Source: Collinsella sp. (GTDB lineage: Bacteria > Actinomycetota > Coriobacteriia > Coriobacteriales > Coriobacteriaceae). Taken from it: a stretch of DNA of 32,000 nucleotides. Positions within the stretch are counted from its first letter, which is position 1. The number at the start of each line of letters is the position of its first letter. Shown one piece after another: positions 1 through 9,941 of the stretch. The stretch is taken from the NCBI GenBank assembly GCA_019414365.1, contig DXMC01000002.1:1-32000 (forward strand), in the 5' to 3' direction. The translations under genes and the position numbers were made by a program. Under the pieces are notes generated by a model. The model searched no databases. It was not told the origin of the DNA and worked only from the letters and a program-made list of their open reading frames with translations.

Positions 1-110
1 ATTATGCGTCACCGCAGGTAACGTTGCCCCGACGAGCACGTCGGATTCCCGGCCCCGTGCACAGGAGGGGATTCCTTTTGTGTAGGCTTTGCGGAAATGT
101 GCCAATTTTG

Positions 111-129
111 GGATACGCCCGGCGGCGTG
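111..129 (+). promoter_or_regulatory. Partial copy (GGATACGCCCGGCGGCGTG) of a motif also found upstream of rplC and rplB
   Basis: First 11 nt (GGATACGCCCG) identical to the rplC-upstream copy at 17389; shares the following GCGTG-like core only loosely. Confidence 0.4.
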
Positions 130-134
130 GTCTG

Positions 135-163
135 TTGACGGCACAGCTAACGCCACGTATCCT
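135..163 (+). promoter_or_regulatory. Predicted promoter for the rpsL operon
   Basis: TTGACG (135-140), 17-nt spacer, TATCCT (158-163), about 90 nt upstream of rpsL. Confidence 0.55.
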
Positions 164-256
164 ATCGAACTGCGTGTTTCGTAGGGGGATGCTGACCCCT
201 CGATTCAAGCCGTTGCACTTTACAGAAAGCTGGAATCATTCGAGAAGGAGTACGCT

Positions 257-634
257 TTGCCTACTATTAACCAGCTGGTTCGCCAGGGCCGTCGTTCCGT
301 GCCCAAGAAGTCCAAGAACGCTGCTCTGCAGCACAACTCCCAGAAGCGCGGCGTGTGCACCCGCGTCTTCACCACGAGCCCCAAGAAGCCGAACTCGGCT
401 CTTCGTAAGGTTGCCCGTGTTCGCCTTGTCAACGGCATCGAAGTTACTGCTTACATCCCGGGTGAGGGCCACAACCTGCAGGAGCACTCCATCGTGCTCG
501 TCCGCGGCGGTCGTGTCCGTGACCTCCCTGGTGTCCGTTATCACGTCATCCGTGGCGCCTACGACGCTGCTCCGGTCCAGAACCGTCTGCAGGCCCGTTC
601 CAAGTACGGTGCTAAGCGCCCCAAGGCCAAATAA
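257..634 (+). CDS. rpsL: 30S ribosomal protein S12 (TTG start)
   Basis: [13 protein letters not shown]...[15 protein letters not shown]; AAGGAG Shine-Dalgarno just upstream of TTG 257. Confidence 0.98.
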   Translation: MPTINQLVRQGRRSVPKKSKNAALQHNSQKRGVCTRVFTTSPKKPNSALRKVARVRLVNGIEVTAYIPGEGHNLQEHSIVLVRGGRVRDLPGVRYHVIRGAYDAAPVQNRLQARSKYGAKRPKAK

Positions 635-707
635 GCCAGATAACGTTTTGATACTTTCGCCGTGTGCCGCCTAAGCGCCGCACGGTAGACACTTAAGGAG
701 ATTTCAC

Positions 708-1181
708 ATGCCGCGTCGTGCAGCAGCTAATCGTCGTGAGGTTCAGCCTGACGCCGTTTACAACAACCGCCTGGTGACTCAGCTCATCAACAAGGTCCTT
801 CTTGACGGCAAGAAGGCCACCGCTGAGCGCATCGTTTACACCGCTTTCGAGATCGTTGCCGAGAAGTCCGAGGGTGGCGACGCTCTCGCTACCTTCAAGA
901 AGGCTATGGACAACGTCAAGCCCACGCTCGAGGTTAAGCCCAAGCGTGTCGGTGGCGCTACCTATCAGGTCCCGATGGAGGTCAACTCCCGTCGTTCCAC
1001 CGCTCTGGGTATCCGCTGGATCGTCAACTTCTCCCGCGCTCGCAAGGAGAAGACCATGGCCGAGCGTCTCGCCAACGAGATCCTCGACGCTTCCAACGGC
1101 CTGGGCGCTTCCGTCAAGAAGCGTGAGGACGTCTTCAAGATGGCCGAGGCCAACCGCGCGTTCTCTCACTATCGTTGGTAA
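708..1181 (+). CDS. rpsG: 30S ribosomal protein S7
   Basis: [15 protein letters not shown]...[10 protein letters not shown], 157 aa; follows rpsL. Confidence 0.98.
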   Translation: MPRRAAANRREVQPDAVYNNRLVTQLINKVLLDGKKATAERIVYTAFEIVAEKSEGGDALATFKKAMDNVKPTLEVKPKRVGGATYQVPMEVNSRRSTALGIRWIVNFSRARKEKTMAERLANEILDASNGLGASVKKREDVFKMAEANRAFSHYRW

Positions 1182-1200
1182 GTTAAGGTAAGGAACTAAC

Positions 1201-3300
1201 ATGGCTAAGCCTAAGTACAAGCTTTCCGATACCCGTAACATCGGCATCATGGCTCACATCGATGCCGGTAAGACCACCACGACCGAGCGTATTCTTTACT
1301 ACACCGGTAAGACCCACAAGATCGGTGAGGTCCATGAGGGCGCTGCCACCATGGACTGGATGGTTCAGGAGCAGGAGCGCGGCGTAACCATTACCTCCGC
1401 TGCTACCACGTGCTTCTGGAACAAGGACGGTAAGGACTACCGCATCCAGATCATCGACACCCCGGGCCACGTTGACTTCACCGCCGAGGTCGAGCGCTGC
1501 CTGCGCGTCCTCGATGGCGCTGTCGCCGTCTTCGACGCCGTTGCCGGCGTTCAGCCCCAGTCTGAGACCGTTTGGCGTCAGGCTTCTACCTTCAACGTCC
1601 CCCGCATCGCCTTCATCAACAAGTATGACCGCGTGGGCGCTGACTTCTTCAACGCTATCGAGACCATGAAGGATCGTCTCGACGCCAACGCCGTGGCCGC
1701 TCAGGTCCCGATGGGCGCCGAGGACAACTTCTGGGGCGTCATCGACCTGGTCACCATGACTGCATGGGACTTCAAGGCCGACGAGAAGGGTATGACCTAC
1801 CCCGAGCCGATGGACGAGATCCCGGCTGAGTTTGCCGACATCGCTGCCACCAAGCGCGAGGAGCTCCTCGACGCTGCTGCCAGCTTTGACGACGAGCTCA
1901 TGGAGAAGATCCTCATGGAGGAGGACTTCACCGTCGAGGAGCTCAAGGCTGCTCTGCGCAAGGGCGTTCTGGCCAACGAGCTCAACCTCGTCTTCGTGGG
2001 TTCCGCCTACAAGAACAAGGGCGTTCAGGAGCTGCTCGACGCTGTCGTCGACTACCTGCCCAGCCCGCTTGACGTCGAGGCCGTCACCGGTACCGATCCG
2101 GACACCGGCGAGGAGATTCAGCGTCATCCTTCCTTCGACGAGCCCTTCTCCGGCCTGGTCTTCAAGATCATGACCGACCCGTTCGTCGGTAAGCTCACCT
2201 ACGTCCGCGTCTACTCCGGCCGCGCCGAGTCCGGCTCCTACGTTGTCAACGCTTCCAACGGTCAGCGCGAGCGCCTCGGCCGCATCCTCGAGATGAACGC
2301 CGCCGAGCGTATCGACCGTGACGACGCTGCCGCCGGCGACATCGTCGCTTGCGTCGGCTTCAAGAACTCCACCACCGGTGACACCCTGTGCGCCGAGGGC
2401 AAGGAGATCGTCCTCGAGAAGATCGAGTTCGCTAAGCCCGTTATTGACGTTGCCATCGAGCCCAAGACCAAGGCCGAGCAGGACAAGATGTCCCTGGCTC
2501 TGACCAAGCTCGCCGAGGAGGACCCGACCTTCCAGGTGTCCACCAACCACGAGACCGGCCAGACCATCATCGCCGGCATGGGCGAGCTGCACCTCGAGAT
2601 CATCGTCGACCGTCTGCTCCGCGAGTTCAAGGTTGACGCTAACGTCGGTAAGCCCCAGGTTGCCTACCGCGAGACCGCTGGTCACGACGTCGAGAAGGCT
2701 GAGGGCAAGTTCGTCCGTCAGTCCGGCGGTCGCGGTCAGTACGGCCACGCCGTCATCAAGCTCGAGAAGATGGAGGAGGGCTTCGGCTACGAGTTCGTCA
2801 ACGCTATCGTCGGCGGCGTCGTGCCCAAGGAGTACATCCCGTCCATCGACAAGGGCATCCAGGAGGCCCTGAACACCGGTGTTATCGCCGGCTTCCCGGT
2901 CCTCGACGTTAAGGTCACCCTGTTCGACGGTTCTTACCACGAGGTCGACTCCTCCGAGGCCGCCTTCAAGATCGCCGGTTCCATGGCTATCAAGGACGCC
3001 CTCAAGAAGTCCGATCCGCAGCTGCTCGAGCCGATCATGGCTGTCGAGGTCGAGACCCCCGAGCAGTACATGGGCGACGTTATGGGCAACCTCTCCGGTC
3101 GCCGCGGCAAGATCGAGGGCATGGAGGATCGCAAGAACAGCAAGCTCATCCGTGCCAAGGTGCCGCTGGGCGAGATGTTCGGTTACGCTACCGACCTTCG
3201 CTCCCAGACCCAGGGCCGTGCATCCTACACGATGCAGTTCGACTCTTATGAGCCCGCGCCCAAGTCCATCGTGGACGAGGTCATGAGCAAGAACGCCTAA
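1201..3300 (+). CDS. fusA: Elongation factor G
   Basis: 699 aa; [32 protein letters not shown] and NKYD GTPase motifs. Confidence 0.99.
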   Translation: MAKPKYKLSDTRNIGIMAHIDAGKTTTTERILYYTGKTHKIGEVHEGAATMDWMVQEQERGVTITSAATTCFWNKDGKDYRIQIIDTPGHVDFTAEVERCLRVLDGAVAVFDAVAGVQPQSETVWRQASTFNVPRIAFINKYDRVGADFFNAIETMKDRLDANAVAAQVPMGAEDNFWGVIDLVTMTAWDFKADEKGMTYPEPMDEIPAEFADIAATKREELLDAAASFDDELMEKILMEEDFTVEELKAALRKGVLANELNLVFVGSAYKNKGVQELLDAVVDYLPSPLDVEAVTGTDPDTGEEIQRHPSFDEPFSGLVFKIMTDPFVGKLTYVRVYSGRAESGSYVVNASNGQRERLGRILEMNAAERIDRDDAAAGDIVACVGFKNSTTGDTLCAEGKEIVLEKIEFAKPVIDVAIEPKTKAEQDKMSLALTKLAEEDPTFQVSTNHETGQTIIAGMGELHLEIIVDRLLREFKVDANVGKPQVAYRETAGHDVEKAEGKFVRQSGGRGQYGHAVIKLEKMEEGFGYEFVNAIVGGVVPKEYIPSIDKGIQEALNTGVIAGFPVLDVKVTLFDGSYHEVDSSEAAFKIAGSMAIKDALKKSDPQLLEPIMAVEVETPEQYMGDVMGNLSGRRGKIEGMEDRKNSKLIRAKVPLGEMFGYATDLRSQTQGRASYTMQFDSYEPAPKSIVDEVMSKNA

Positions 3301-3361
3301 GTTCGAGCTCCCTGTTACGTAATCCTGCGAGAACATCTCTCGCACTCTTTGGAGGTTTAAG

Positions 3362-3670
3362 TTGGCTACCCAGAAGATCCGCATTCGCCTCAAGGGCTAT
3401 GATCACGAGGTCGTCGATCAGTCCGCGAAGCTCATCGTCGAGACCGCTCAGAAGACCGGCGCTCGCGTTTCCGGTCCTGTCCCCCTGCCCACCGAGCGCA
3501 ACCTGTACACGGTTATCCGCTCGCCGCACGTGAACAAGGACTCCCGTGAGCAGTTCGAGATGCGCACCCACAAGCGCCTCATCGACATCCTCGACCCCAC
3601 CTCGGGCACCGTTGATTCGCTTATGCGTCTCGACCTCCCCGCTGGCGTCGACATCGACATCAAGCTCTAA
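3362..3670 (+). CDS. rpsJ: 30S ribosomal protein S10 (TTG start)
   Basis: [22 protein letters not shown]..., 102 aa; GGAGG upstream. Confidence 0.98.
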   Translation: MATQKIRIRLKGYDHEVVDQSAKLIVETAQKTGARVSGPVPLPTERNLYTVIRSPHVNKDSREQFEMRTHKRLIDILDPTSGTVDSLMRLDLPAGVDIDIKL

Positions 3671-3689
3671 GCGATATCGCTCATAGCTT

Positions 3690-3732
3690 AAAGGGCCCCG
3701 CTGCCGTTACGGTAGCGGGGCCCTTTTGTTTT
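3690..3732 (+). terminator. Rho-independent terminator after rpsJ
   Basis: AAGGGCCCCGCTGCCG-TTA-CGGTAGCGGGGCCCTT (one G:U pair) followed by TTGTTTT. Confidence 0.9.
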
Positions 3733-3786
3733 GCATGATGGGTTTGGATCGCCGGGTAAGGCTGCCGAGCGGCTGGCTGTGGCGAC

Positions 3787-4563
3787 CTACTCACTCAAGG
3801 GGCGCAATGACGCTTCCTCAAAATGGAAGGATCGCAAGCCGTCTTCTGTTTCGATGCACGCACGACCAAAGCCATCGACCGTTTTAAAGATGCCTCGCGC
3901 CAGCTCGTCACCGGCAGGGGAGCGGGCGATAACGTGCTTTCCAATCCAATTGAGGTGAGCGACATATTCGCCGTGGACGGGCGCGAGCGGTCCGGTGTTT
4001 TCTTCCATGGCGTTGAGGCGTTCTGCCCAGGCATCTATAGCGTCTATAACTGCGTGATAGACCTCATCGAGGAGCATGTCGACAGCTGGAACGTTCTCGT
4101 TAAGGTCCGAGAGACCGATTGCCGGCAGGCCGCCATCGGGCACCTCTTGGGGCGCATAGTTCACATTGACACCAATGCCACAGACGGCGAAAGGTTTGCC
4201 TTCGTTATCGCGTGCGGCCTCGACCAGAATGCCGCCGAGTTTGCGTCCACGCGCGACCAGGTCGTTGGGCCATTTGAGGCCAATCTCGTTTGCAAGACCC
4301 TGTTTTTCGAGCGCCTCGAGCACCGCTAGGCCGCTGACGGCAGCAAGACCAGAGTACTTCGCAGGATTAACGCATGGACGCAGGACAATCGAAAGCAATA
4401 GGTTGCCGGCGGTTGAATCCCACTTGTGGCCGCGCCGGCCGCGTCCTGCTGTCTGAGCCCGGGCGGCAAGTCCTGTGCCGTGCGGCGCTCCCTGTTTTCC
4501 TGCTTCGAGCAGGTCATCGTTGGTCGATCCGGTTACGTCGACTATCGTTAATTTGGCATCCAT
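3787..4563 (-). CDS. birA: Biotin--[acetyl-CoA-carboxylase] ligase lacking an N-terminal HTH domain
   Basis: MDAKLTIVDVTGSTNDD...TAGRGRRG..., GLKWPNDL, GGILVE; start chosen at the ATG preceded by AAGGAGG (CCTCCTT on the plus strand). Confidence 0.92.
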   Translation of the reverse strand: MDAKLTIVDVTGSTNDDLLEAGKQGAPHGTGLAARAQTAGRGRRGHKWDSTAGNLLLSIVLRPCVNPAKYSGLAAVSGLAVLEALEKQGLANEIGLKWPNDLVARGRKLGGILVEAARDNEGKPFAVCGIGVNVNYAPQEVPDGGLPAIGLSDLNENVPAVDMLLDEVYHAVIDAIDAWAERLNAMEENTGPLAPVHGEYVAHLNWIGKHVIARSPAGDELARGIFKTVDGFGRACIETEDGLRSFHFEEASLRPLSE

Positions 4564-4654
4564 AACGGCTGCTACCTCCTTAATGAATAAGTGAATAACG
4601 CAATGGTGTCGAGAGAGACACAATGTGAAGCCTTTGTCGCATTTGGACAATTTA

Positions 4655-4673
4655 ATGTTAACACGTTAACAAC
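4655..4673. promoter_or_regulatory. Operator-like palindrome 1 upstream of fabH
   Basis: ATGTTAACACGTTAACAAC; TGTTAAC-AC-GTTAACA has perfect 7-bp inverted arms; overlaps candidate -35 TTAACA. Confidence 0.65.
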
Positions 4674-4692
4674 GACTGAAATGCGCTATCCT
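4666..4692 (+). promoter_or_regulatory. Candidate fab operon promoter
   Basis: TTAACA (4666-4671), 15-nt spacer, TATCCT (4687-4692). Confidence 0.4.
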
Positions 4693-4702
4693 CTCATGGT
4701 CG

Positions 4703-4721
4703 ATGTAAACACGTCAACAAC
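4703..4721. promoter_or_regulatory. Operator-like site 2 upstream of fabH
   Basis: ATGTAAACACGTCAACAAC, 17/19 identical to site 1, start-to-start spacing 48 bp. Confidence 0.6.
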
Positions 4722-4737
4722 TCAAAGGAGGTTAGTG

Positions 4738-5697
4738 ATGGGTTTCACGATTCTTGGAACAGGCTCGGCGCTTCCTAAGCGCAGTGTTTCCAATGACGAG
4801 CTGTCCGAGTTCCTCGATACCTCGGATGAGTGGATTTTTACCCGCACAGGTATCAAGAGCCGCCACGTCTGCACCACCGAGTCACTTGACGACCTTGCCG
4901 TAGCGGCGAGCGAGCGGGCACTTCAGGTGTCCGGAATCGACGCGAGCCAGTTGGATCTGATCGTCTGCTCGACGACGACGGGTGACCACCTTGTTCCCGC
5001 CGAGGCGTGTGCCGTTGCTGAGCGACTGGGCGCGACGTGCCCTGCCTTCGATGTCTCGGCTGCCTGCGCCGGCTTCGTATTTGCGCTCGATGTTGCCGAG
5101 GGCTATATCGCCCGAGGACGAGCCAAGCATGTGCTTGTCGTTGCCGCCGAGCAGATGACGCGCGCGCTCGACTGGACCGACCGCGCCACCTGTGTGCTCT
5201 TTGGCGATGGGGCAGGCGCCGCAGTGATTGAGGCTGGGGGAGACAGCCCCCTTGCCGTTGAGCTTTCGACGGCGCCCGACGTCGAGACGTTGTGCGTTCC
5301 CGGTCTGGTCGGCACCTCGCCGTTTAAGGCCTCCGCAGATAGCGAGAGCGTGCTGTCCATGAATGGCCGCCGCGTGTTCAAGTTCGGCGTCAACGCGATT
5401 TGCGACACGGTCCATAAGCTTGCGAGCGATGCGGGCATTTCGGTCGAGGACATCAACCATTTTGTATTCCATCAGGCTAACGAACGAATCCTGAGTCAGG
5501 CGGTCAAGCGCCTCGGTGTGCCAGACAAGCGCGTGGTTCGAACGCTGCGCGAGACCGGCAACATTTCGAGCGCATGCATTCCGCTTGCCCTCGACCGGCT
5601 GGCAAACGCCGGTGCACTTCACACGGGCGACACCATCACCCTCGTTGGATTTGGCGCCGGTCTGGATATAGGTGGCTATCTACTTCGTTGGAAGTAG
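4738..5697 (+). CDS. fabH: Beta-ketoacyl-ACP synthase III
   Basis: MGFTILGTGSALPKRSVSNDELSEFLDTSDEWIFTRTGIKSRH...; AAAGGAGG upstream; the ORF track starts too early at 4591. Confidence 0.96.
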   Translation: MGFTILGTGSALPKRSVSNDELSEFLDTSDEWIFTRTGIKSRHVCTTESLDDLAVAASERALQVSGIDASQLDLIVCSTTTGDHLVPAEACAVAERLGATCPAFDVSAACAGFVFALDVAEGYIARGRAKHVLVVAAEQMTRALDWTDRATCVLFGDGAGAAVIEAGGDSPLAVELSTAPDVETLCVPGLVGTSPFKASADSESVLSMNGRRVFKFGVNAICDTVHKLASDAGISVEDINHFVFHQANERILSQAVKRLGVPDKRVVRTLRETGNISSACIPLALDRLANAGALHTGDTITLVGFGAGLDIGGYLLRWK

Positions 5698-5749
5698 TCG
5701 CACATAGGAAATAAAAACGCCCCTAGGGCACAAACAAAGGAGAACTACC

Positions 5750-5986
5750 ATGGCAGATCAGAAGACCTTCGAGCGCGTTTGCGATGTTATCCGCGAGACC
5801 GCCGGTCTTGACGACGTCGAGATGAAGCCCGAGTCCACGCTCGAGGAGATTGGTCTCGACAGCCTGGGCACCGTCGAGATCCTCGTCGCCGTCGAGGACG
5901 AGTTTGGCATCCAGCTCGATACCGAGGAGAACCCCAAGACGGTCGGCGAGTTCGCCGATACGGTCGAGGCGGCATTGGAGAAGTAG
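5750..5986 (+). CDS. acpP: Acyl carrier protein
   Basis: 78 aa with LGLDSLGTVEIL-type phosphopantetheine attachment (DSL). Confidence 0.96.
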   Translation: MADQKTFERVCDVIRETAGLDDVEMKPESTLEEIGLDSLGTVEILVAVEDEFGIQLDTEENPKTVGEFADTVEAALEK

Positions 5987-5988
5987 AG

Positions 5989-6933
5989 ATGCTCAAGACT
6001 CCTCTCTGCGATCTGCTCGGCATCGAAAAGCCCGTGTTCCAGGGCGGTATGGCCTGGATCGCCGACGCCTCGCTGGCGTCCGCAGTGTCCGAGGCGGGCG
6101 GCTTAGGGATTATCGCGGCCATGAACGCCGACGCCAACTGGCTGCGCGACCAGATTCACGAGCTGCGCGCCAGGACGGATAAGCCCTTTGGCGTCAACGT
6201 CATGCTCATGAGCCCGTTTGCCGACGAGGTCGCGCGGGTCGTGATTGACGAGCGGGTGCCGGTCGTCGTGACGGGTGCCGGCAATCCCACCAAGTACATG
6301 AAGGCGTGGAACGAGGCGGGCATCAAGGTCATCCCGGTCGTTGCCTCGGTGGCGCTGGCGCGCCTCGTGGCGCGTCGTGGAGCCACTGCCGTGGTTGCCG
6401 AGGGTACCGAATCAGGCGGCCATATTGGCGAGACCTCGACGATGGCACTGGTGCCGCAGGTTGTCGATGCGGTCGATATTCCCGTGGTTGCGGCTGGCGG
6501 TATCGCTGATGGCCGCGGCGTGGCGGCCGCCTTTATGCTGGGCGCCGCCGGCGTGCAGGTGGGTACGCGCTTTCTGATCGCAGATGAGTGCACCGTATCG
6601 GAGCAGTACAAGGAGATGGTCCTGAAGGCCAACGACACCTCGACGCGTGCGACCGGCCGCTCGACGGGACACCCGGTGCGTGCCCTCAAGAGCCCCTTCA
6701 CCAACGCCTACGCCAAGAGCGAGGCGGCGGGCGTAAGCGTCGAGGAGCTCGGGGCCATGGGCACGGGCGCCCTTCGCAAGGCCGCCAAGGACGGCAATTA
6801 CGAAGAGGGCTCGTTTTTGTGTGGACAGATTGCCGGCATGGTCAACGAGCGCCAAAGCGCACGTGAAATCGTCGACGACCTGGTCGATGGCGCCGAGCAC
6901 GTCCTGAAGGGTGCGTGCGCATGGGTGGCGTAG
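5989..6933 (+). CDS. fabK: FMN-dependent enoyl-ACP reductase II
   Basis: LLGIEKPVFQGGMAWIADASLASAVSEAGGLGII..., GTESGGHIGETSTMALVPQVVDAV; operon position. Confidence 0.92.
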   Translation: MLKTPLCDLLGIEKPVFQGGMAWIADASLASAVSEAGGLGIIAAMNADANWLRDQIHELRARTDKPFGVNVMLMSPFADEVARVVIDERVPVVVTGAGNPTKYMKAWNEAGIKVIPVVASVALARLVARRGATAVVAEGTESGGHIGETSTMALVPQVVDAVDIPVVAAGGIADGRGVAAAFMLGAAGVQVGTRFLIADECTVSEQYKEMVLKANDTSTRATGRSTGHPVRALKSPFTNAYAKSEAAGVSVEELGAMGTGALRKAAKDGNYEEGSFLCGQIAGMVNERQSAREIVDDLVDGAEHVLKGACAWVA

Positions 6934-7847
6934 CGTTTCTGTTTGCCGGCCAGGGCGCCCAGCACCCCGCGATGGGCGTCGACCTGATCGAGGCATCGCC
7001 GGCGGCCGCCGAGGTGTTCGCCATTGCCGACGAGGTGCGCCCGGGGACCAGTGAGCAGTGCCGAAGCGCCTCCAAGGAGGAGCTCTCGCAGACCGAGAAC
7101 ACGCAGCCGTGCGTGTTCGTTCACGATCTGGCAGCGGCTGCCGCCCTGCGTGAGCGCGGCGTGGTACCTGCCGCCTGTGCGGGTTTTTCGCTTGGCGAGG
7201 TCGCCGCGCTCACCTTTGCGGGGGCGTTCGATACGCGAGCGGGCTTTGAGCTCGTGTGCGAGCGCGCGGCGCTGATGGCCGCGGCTGCCGAGCGCCATCC
7301 GGGCGGCATGCGCGCCGTCATCAAGCTCGATGCGGCGCAAGTCGAGAACCTGGCAAAACAGGCCGGCGAGGACTGCTGGCCGGTCAACTACAACAGTCCG
7401 CAGCAGACGGTTGTTGCCGGACCGCCCGAGGCGCTGCAGGAGCTCGACGCCCTGGTAAAAGAGGCTGGCGGCCGCGCTATGAAAGTCGCGGTGTCGGGCG
7501 CATTTCATAGCCCCTATATGGCCGAGGCGACTGAGGGGCTGGCGACGTATATCCAAGCCGGCCACGCGCCGTCTCCGCTGCTGATTCCGGTCATGGCAAA
7601 CATGACGGCGGCGCCCTATCCGGCGGACCCGCGAGCGGCATCGGATGTCTTGGCCAACCAGGTGAGTCATGCCGTTCGCTGGGCCGACACGCTGCATACT
7701 CTGCAGGATCAGGGCATCGACACGTTTATTGAGGTCGGTCCTGGCAAAACGCTGTCGGGCCTGGCCAAGCGTACGCTGAGCGACGTTCGCGTGTATTCGT
7801 GCGAGACGGCCGAGCAGGTCGCAGCTATTGCCGACGAGCTCGCATAG
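6921..7847 (+). CDS. fabD: Malonyl-CoA:ACP acyltransferase
   Basis: FLFAGQGAQHPAMG..., CAGFSLGEVAAL (GXSXG type), VAVSGAFHSPYM; ORF could start at GTG 6915; overlaps fabK 3' end. Confidence 0.95.
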   Translation: MGGVAFLFAGQGAQHPAMGVDLIEASPAAAEVFAIADEVRPGTSEQCRSASKEELSQTENTQPCVFVHDLAAAAALRERGVVPAACAGFSLGEVAALTFAGAFDTRAGFELVCERAALMAAAAERHPGGMRAVIKLDAAQVENLAKQAGEDCWPVNYNSPQQTVVAGPPEALQELDALVKEAGGRAMKVAVSGAFHSPYMAEATEGLATYIQAGHAPSPLLIPVMANMTAAPYPADPRAASDVLANQVSHAVRWADTLHTLQDQGIDTFIEVGPGKTLSGLAKRTLSDVRVYSCETAEQVAAIADELA

Positions 7848-7877
7848 TCCACAGGGCTGTAACCCGAAAGGAATGAC

Positions 7878-8651
7878 ATGGGCAACTTGAACAATGGCGC
7901 GCTCGAGCGCAACGACTCACGTCGCGTGGCACTGGTCACGGGCGGCTCGCGGGGTATCGGCCGCGCCTGCGCTATCGGTCTGGCGGAGGATGGCTACGAT
8001 ATCGCCGTCGTCTATGCCGGCAGCGTCGATGCGGCGCGCGAGACGTGCGAAGCCTGCGAGGCGTCTGGCGCCACGGTGCGCGCATATCAATGCGACGTGG
8101 CCGATCCCGCTGCCGTCAACGCGTGCGTGGAAGCGGTCCTCAACGACTTTGGCTCCATTTGGGCGCTCGTCAACAACGCCGGCATCACGCGCGATGGCTT
8201 GCTCATGCGCATGAGCGATGACGCCTTCGATCGCGTGCTCGATGTCAATCTCAAGGGAACATTCAATATGACGCGCGCGATCACCAAGACCTTTATGCGC
8301 CAGCGCGGCGGTTGCGTCGTCAACATGAGCTCGGTTGTGGGCCTGATGGGCAACGCCGGACAGGCTAATTACGCTGCCTCCAAGGCGGGCGTGATTGGCC
8401 TGACCAAGGCGGTAGCGCGCGAGCTTGCGCCCCGCGGCGTACGAGTGAACGCGGTCGCCCCGGGGTTTGTCGAGACGGATATGACGTCAAAGCTCTCGGA
8501 GAAGGTTCGCGCGGCAACCGAGGAGCAGATTCCCCTAAAGCGCATGGCGCGCCCCGAGGAAGTGGCTGGCGTGGTGCGCTTTTTGGCGAGCGATGCGGCT
8601 GCCTACATTACGGGCGAGGTTGTACGCGTCGACGGCGGAATGGCGATGTAG
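7878..8651 (+). CDS. fabG: 3-oxoacyl-ACP reductase
   Basis: RVALVTGGSRGIGRA..., NNAGITRDGLLMRM, YAASKAGVIGLTKA. Confidence 0.97.
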   Translation: MGNLNNGALERNDSRRVALVTGGSRGIGRACAIGLAEDGYDIAVVYAGSVDAARETCEACEASGATVRAYQCDVADPAAVNACVEAVLNDFGSIWALVNNAGITRDGLLMRMSDDAFDRVLDVNLKGTFNMTRAITKTFMRQRGGCVVNMSSVVGLMGNAGQANYAASKAGVIGLTKAVARELAPRGVRVNAVAPGFVETDMTSKLSEKVRAATEEQIPLKRMARPEEVAGVVRFLASDAAAYITGEVVRVDGGMAM

Positions 8652-8687
8652 AAACCAGGGCCGAAGAACGGCTGAGATGAGGAGACC

Positions 8688-9938
8688 ATGATGGAACAGA
8701 GAGTTGCAATCACCGGCATAGGTGCCGTATCGCCGCTCGGCAACACCGCGCTTGCCACCTGGGCGGCAATGTGTGCCGGCACGTGCGGCATCGGCTCGAT
8801 CACGCACTTCGATACCGATGCGTTTGCCGTCAAGGTGGCGGCCGAGGTCAAGGGCTTTGACGGCAACGAGTACTTTGGTAAGCACGATGCCAAGCACCTC
8901 GACCCCTGCGTTCAGTTTGCACTGGCGGCGTCGGACGAGGCCATGCACGATGCGGGCCTTGATGTCGAAGATGCCATCGATCGCGAGCGCCTGGGCGTCT
9001 ACGTGGGTTCAGGCGTGGGCGGCATGCAGACACTCGTCGACAACGTCCACACGATTGCCGATCGAGGGCCTCGCCGTGCATCACCCTATATGATTGCGAT
9101 GATGATCCCCAACATGGCTTCGGGCAACATCGCGATTCGCCACAAGGCAAAGGGCCCGACCCTACCCGTGGTGACCGCTTGCGCGACTTCTGCCCATGCG
9201 GTGGGTGAGGCGTTCCGCGCCATCAAGCACGGCTATGCCGACGCGATCCTCGCGGGCGGCGCCGAAGCCGCAATTATCCCCGATGCCGTTGCGGGCTTTA
9301 CGTCCTGCCGCGCATTGACCACCAACCCCGATCCCGCGACGGCCTGCCGTCCGTTCGATGCAGACCGCGACGGCTTTGTGATGGGCGAGGGCGCCTGCGT
9401 GCTCGTGCTCGAGAGCATGGAACATGCGCAGGCGCGCGGTGCGCACATTTACGCCGAGGTCGTGGGCTACGGCAACACCGATGATGCCTATCACATCACG
9501 AGCCCCGATCCCGAGGCTGCCGGCATTGCCCGTGCGATATCGCTGGCGGTGGCCGAGGGCGACGTTAAGCCTTCCGAGGGCCTCTACATCAACGCTCACG
9601 GCACCTCGACCAAGCTCAACGATTCGTCCGAGACGGCGGGCATTAAGCGTGCGCTCGGCGAGGACGCGGCACGCGCCGCGCACGTCTCGTCGACCAAGTC
9701 GATGACCGGTCACATGATCGGCGCCACGGGTGCCATTGAGGTCATGGCCTGCGCCATGGCGCTCGAGCAGGGCGTGGTACCCCCGACCATTAACTACCAC
9801 ACGCCCGATCCCGCCTGCGATCTTGACTACACGCCCAATCGCGCGGTTCGCGCCGACCTTACCTGGGCGCTTTCGACCAACCTAGGCTTTGGCGGGCACA
9901 ACGCCGCCATCGCGCTGCGTAGATATACGAGGAGCTAG
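8688..9938 (+). CDS. fabF: Beta-ketoacyl-ACP synthase II
   Basis: VAITGIGAVSPLGNT..., VVTACATSAHAVGEAFRAIK, NAHGTSTKLND, GHMIGATGAIE. Confidence 0.97.
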   Translation: MMEQRVAITGIGAVSPLGNTALATWAAMCAGTCGIGSITHFDTDAFAVKVAAEVKGFDGNEYFGKHDAKHLDPCVQFALAASDEAMHDAGLDVEDAIDRERLGVYVGSGVGGMQTLVDNVHTIADRGPRRASPYMIAMMIPNMASGNIAIRHKAKGPTLPVVTACATSAHAVGEAFRAIKHGYADAILAGGAEAAIIPDAVAGFTSCRALTTNPDPATACRPFDADRDGFVMGEGACVLVLESMEHAQARGAHIYAEVVGYGNTDDAYHITSPDPEAAGIARAISLAVAEGDVKPSEGLYINAHGTSTKLNDSSETAGIKRALGEDAARAAHVSSTKSMTGHMIGATGAIEVMACAMALEQGVVPPTINYHTPDPACDLDYTPNRAVRADLTWALSTNLGFGGHNAAIALRRYTRS

Positions 9939-9941
9939 AGC

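Noticed and set aside
1183-3393. 736-aa ORF on the minus strand
   Set aside because: Antisense of fusA; a product of high-GC codon bias. The plus strand is an unmistakable EF-G.
4591-4737. N-terminal extension of the fabH ORF
   Set aside because: It would run through the promoter and palindromes; ATG 4738 has an ideal AAAGGAGG site and matches the normal FabH N-terminus.
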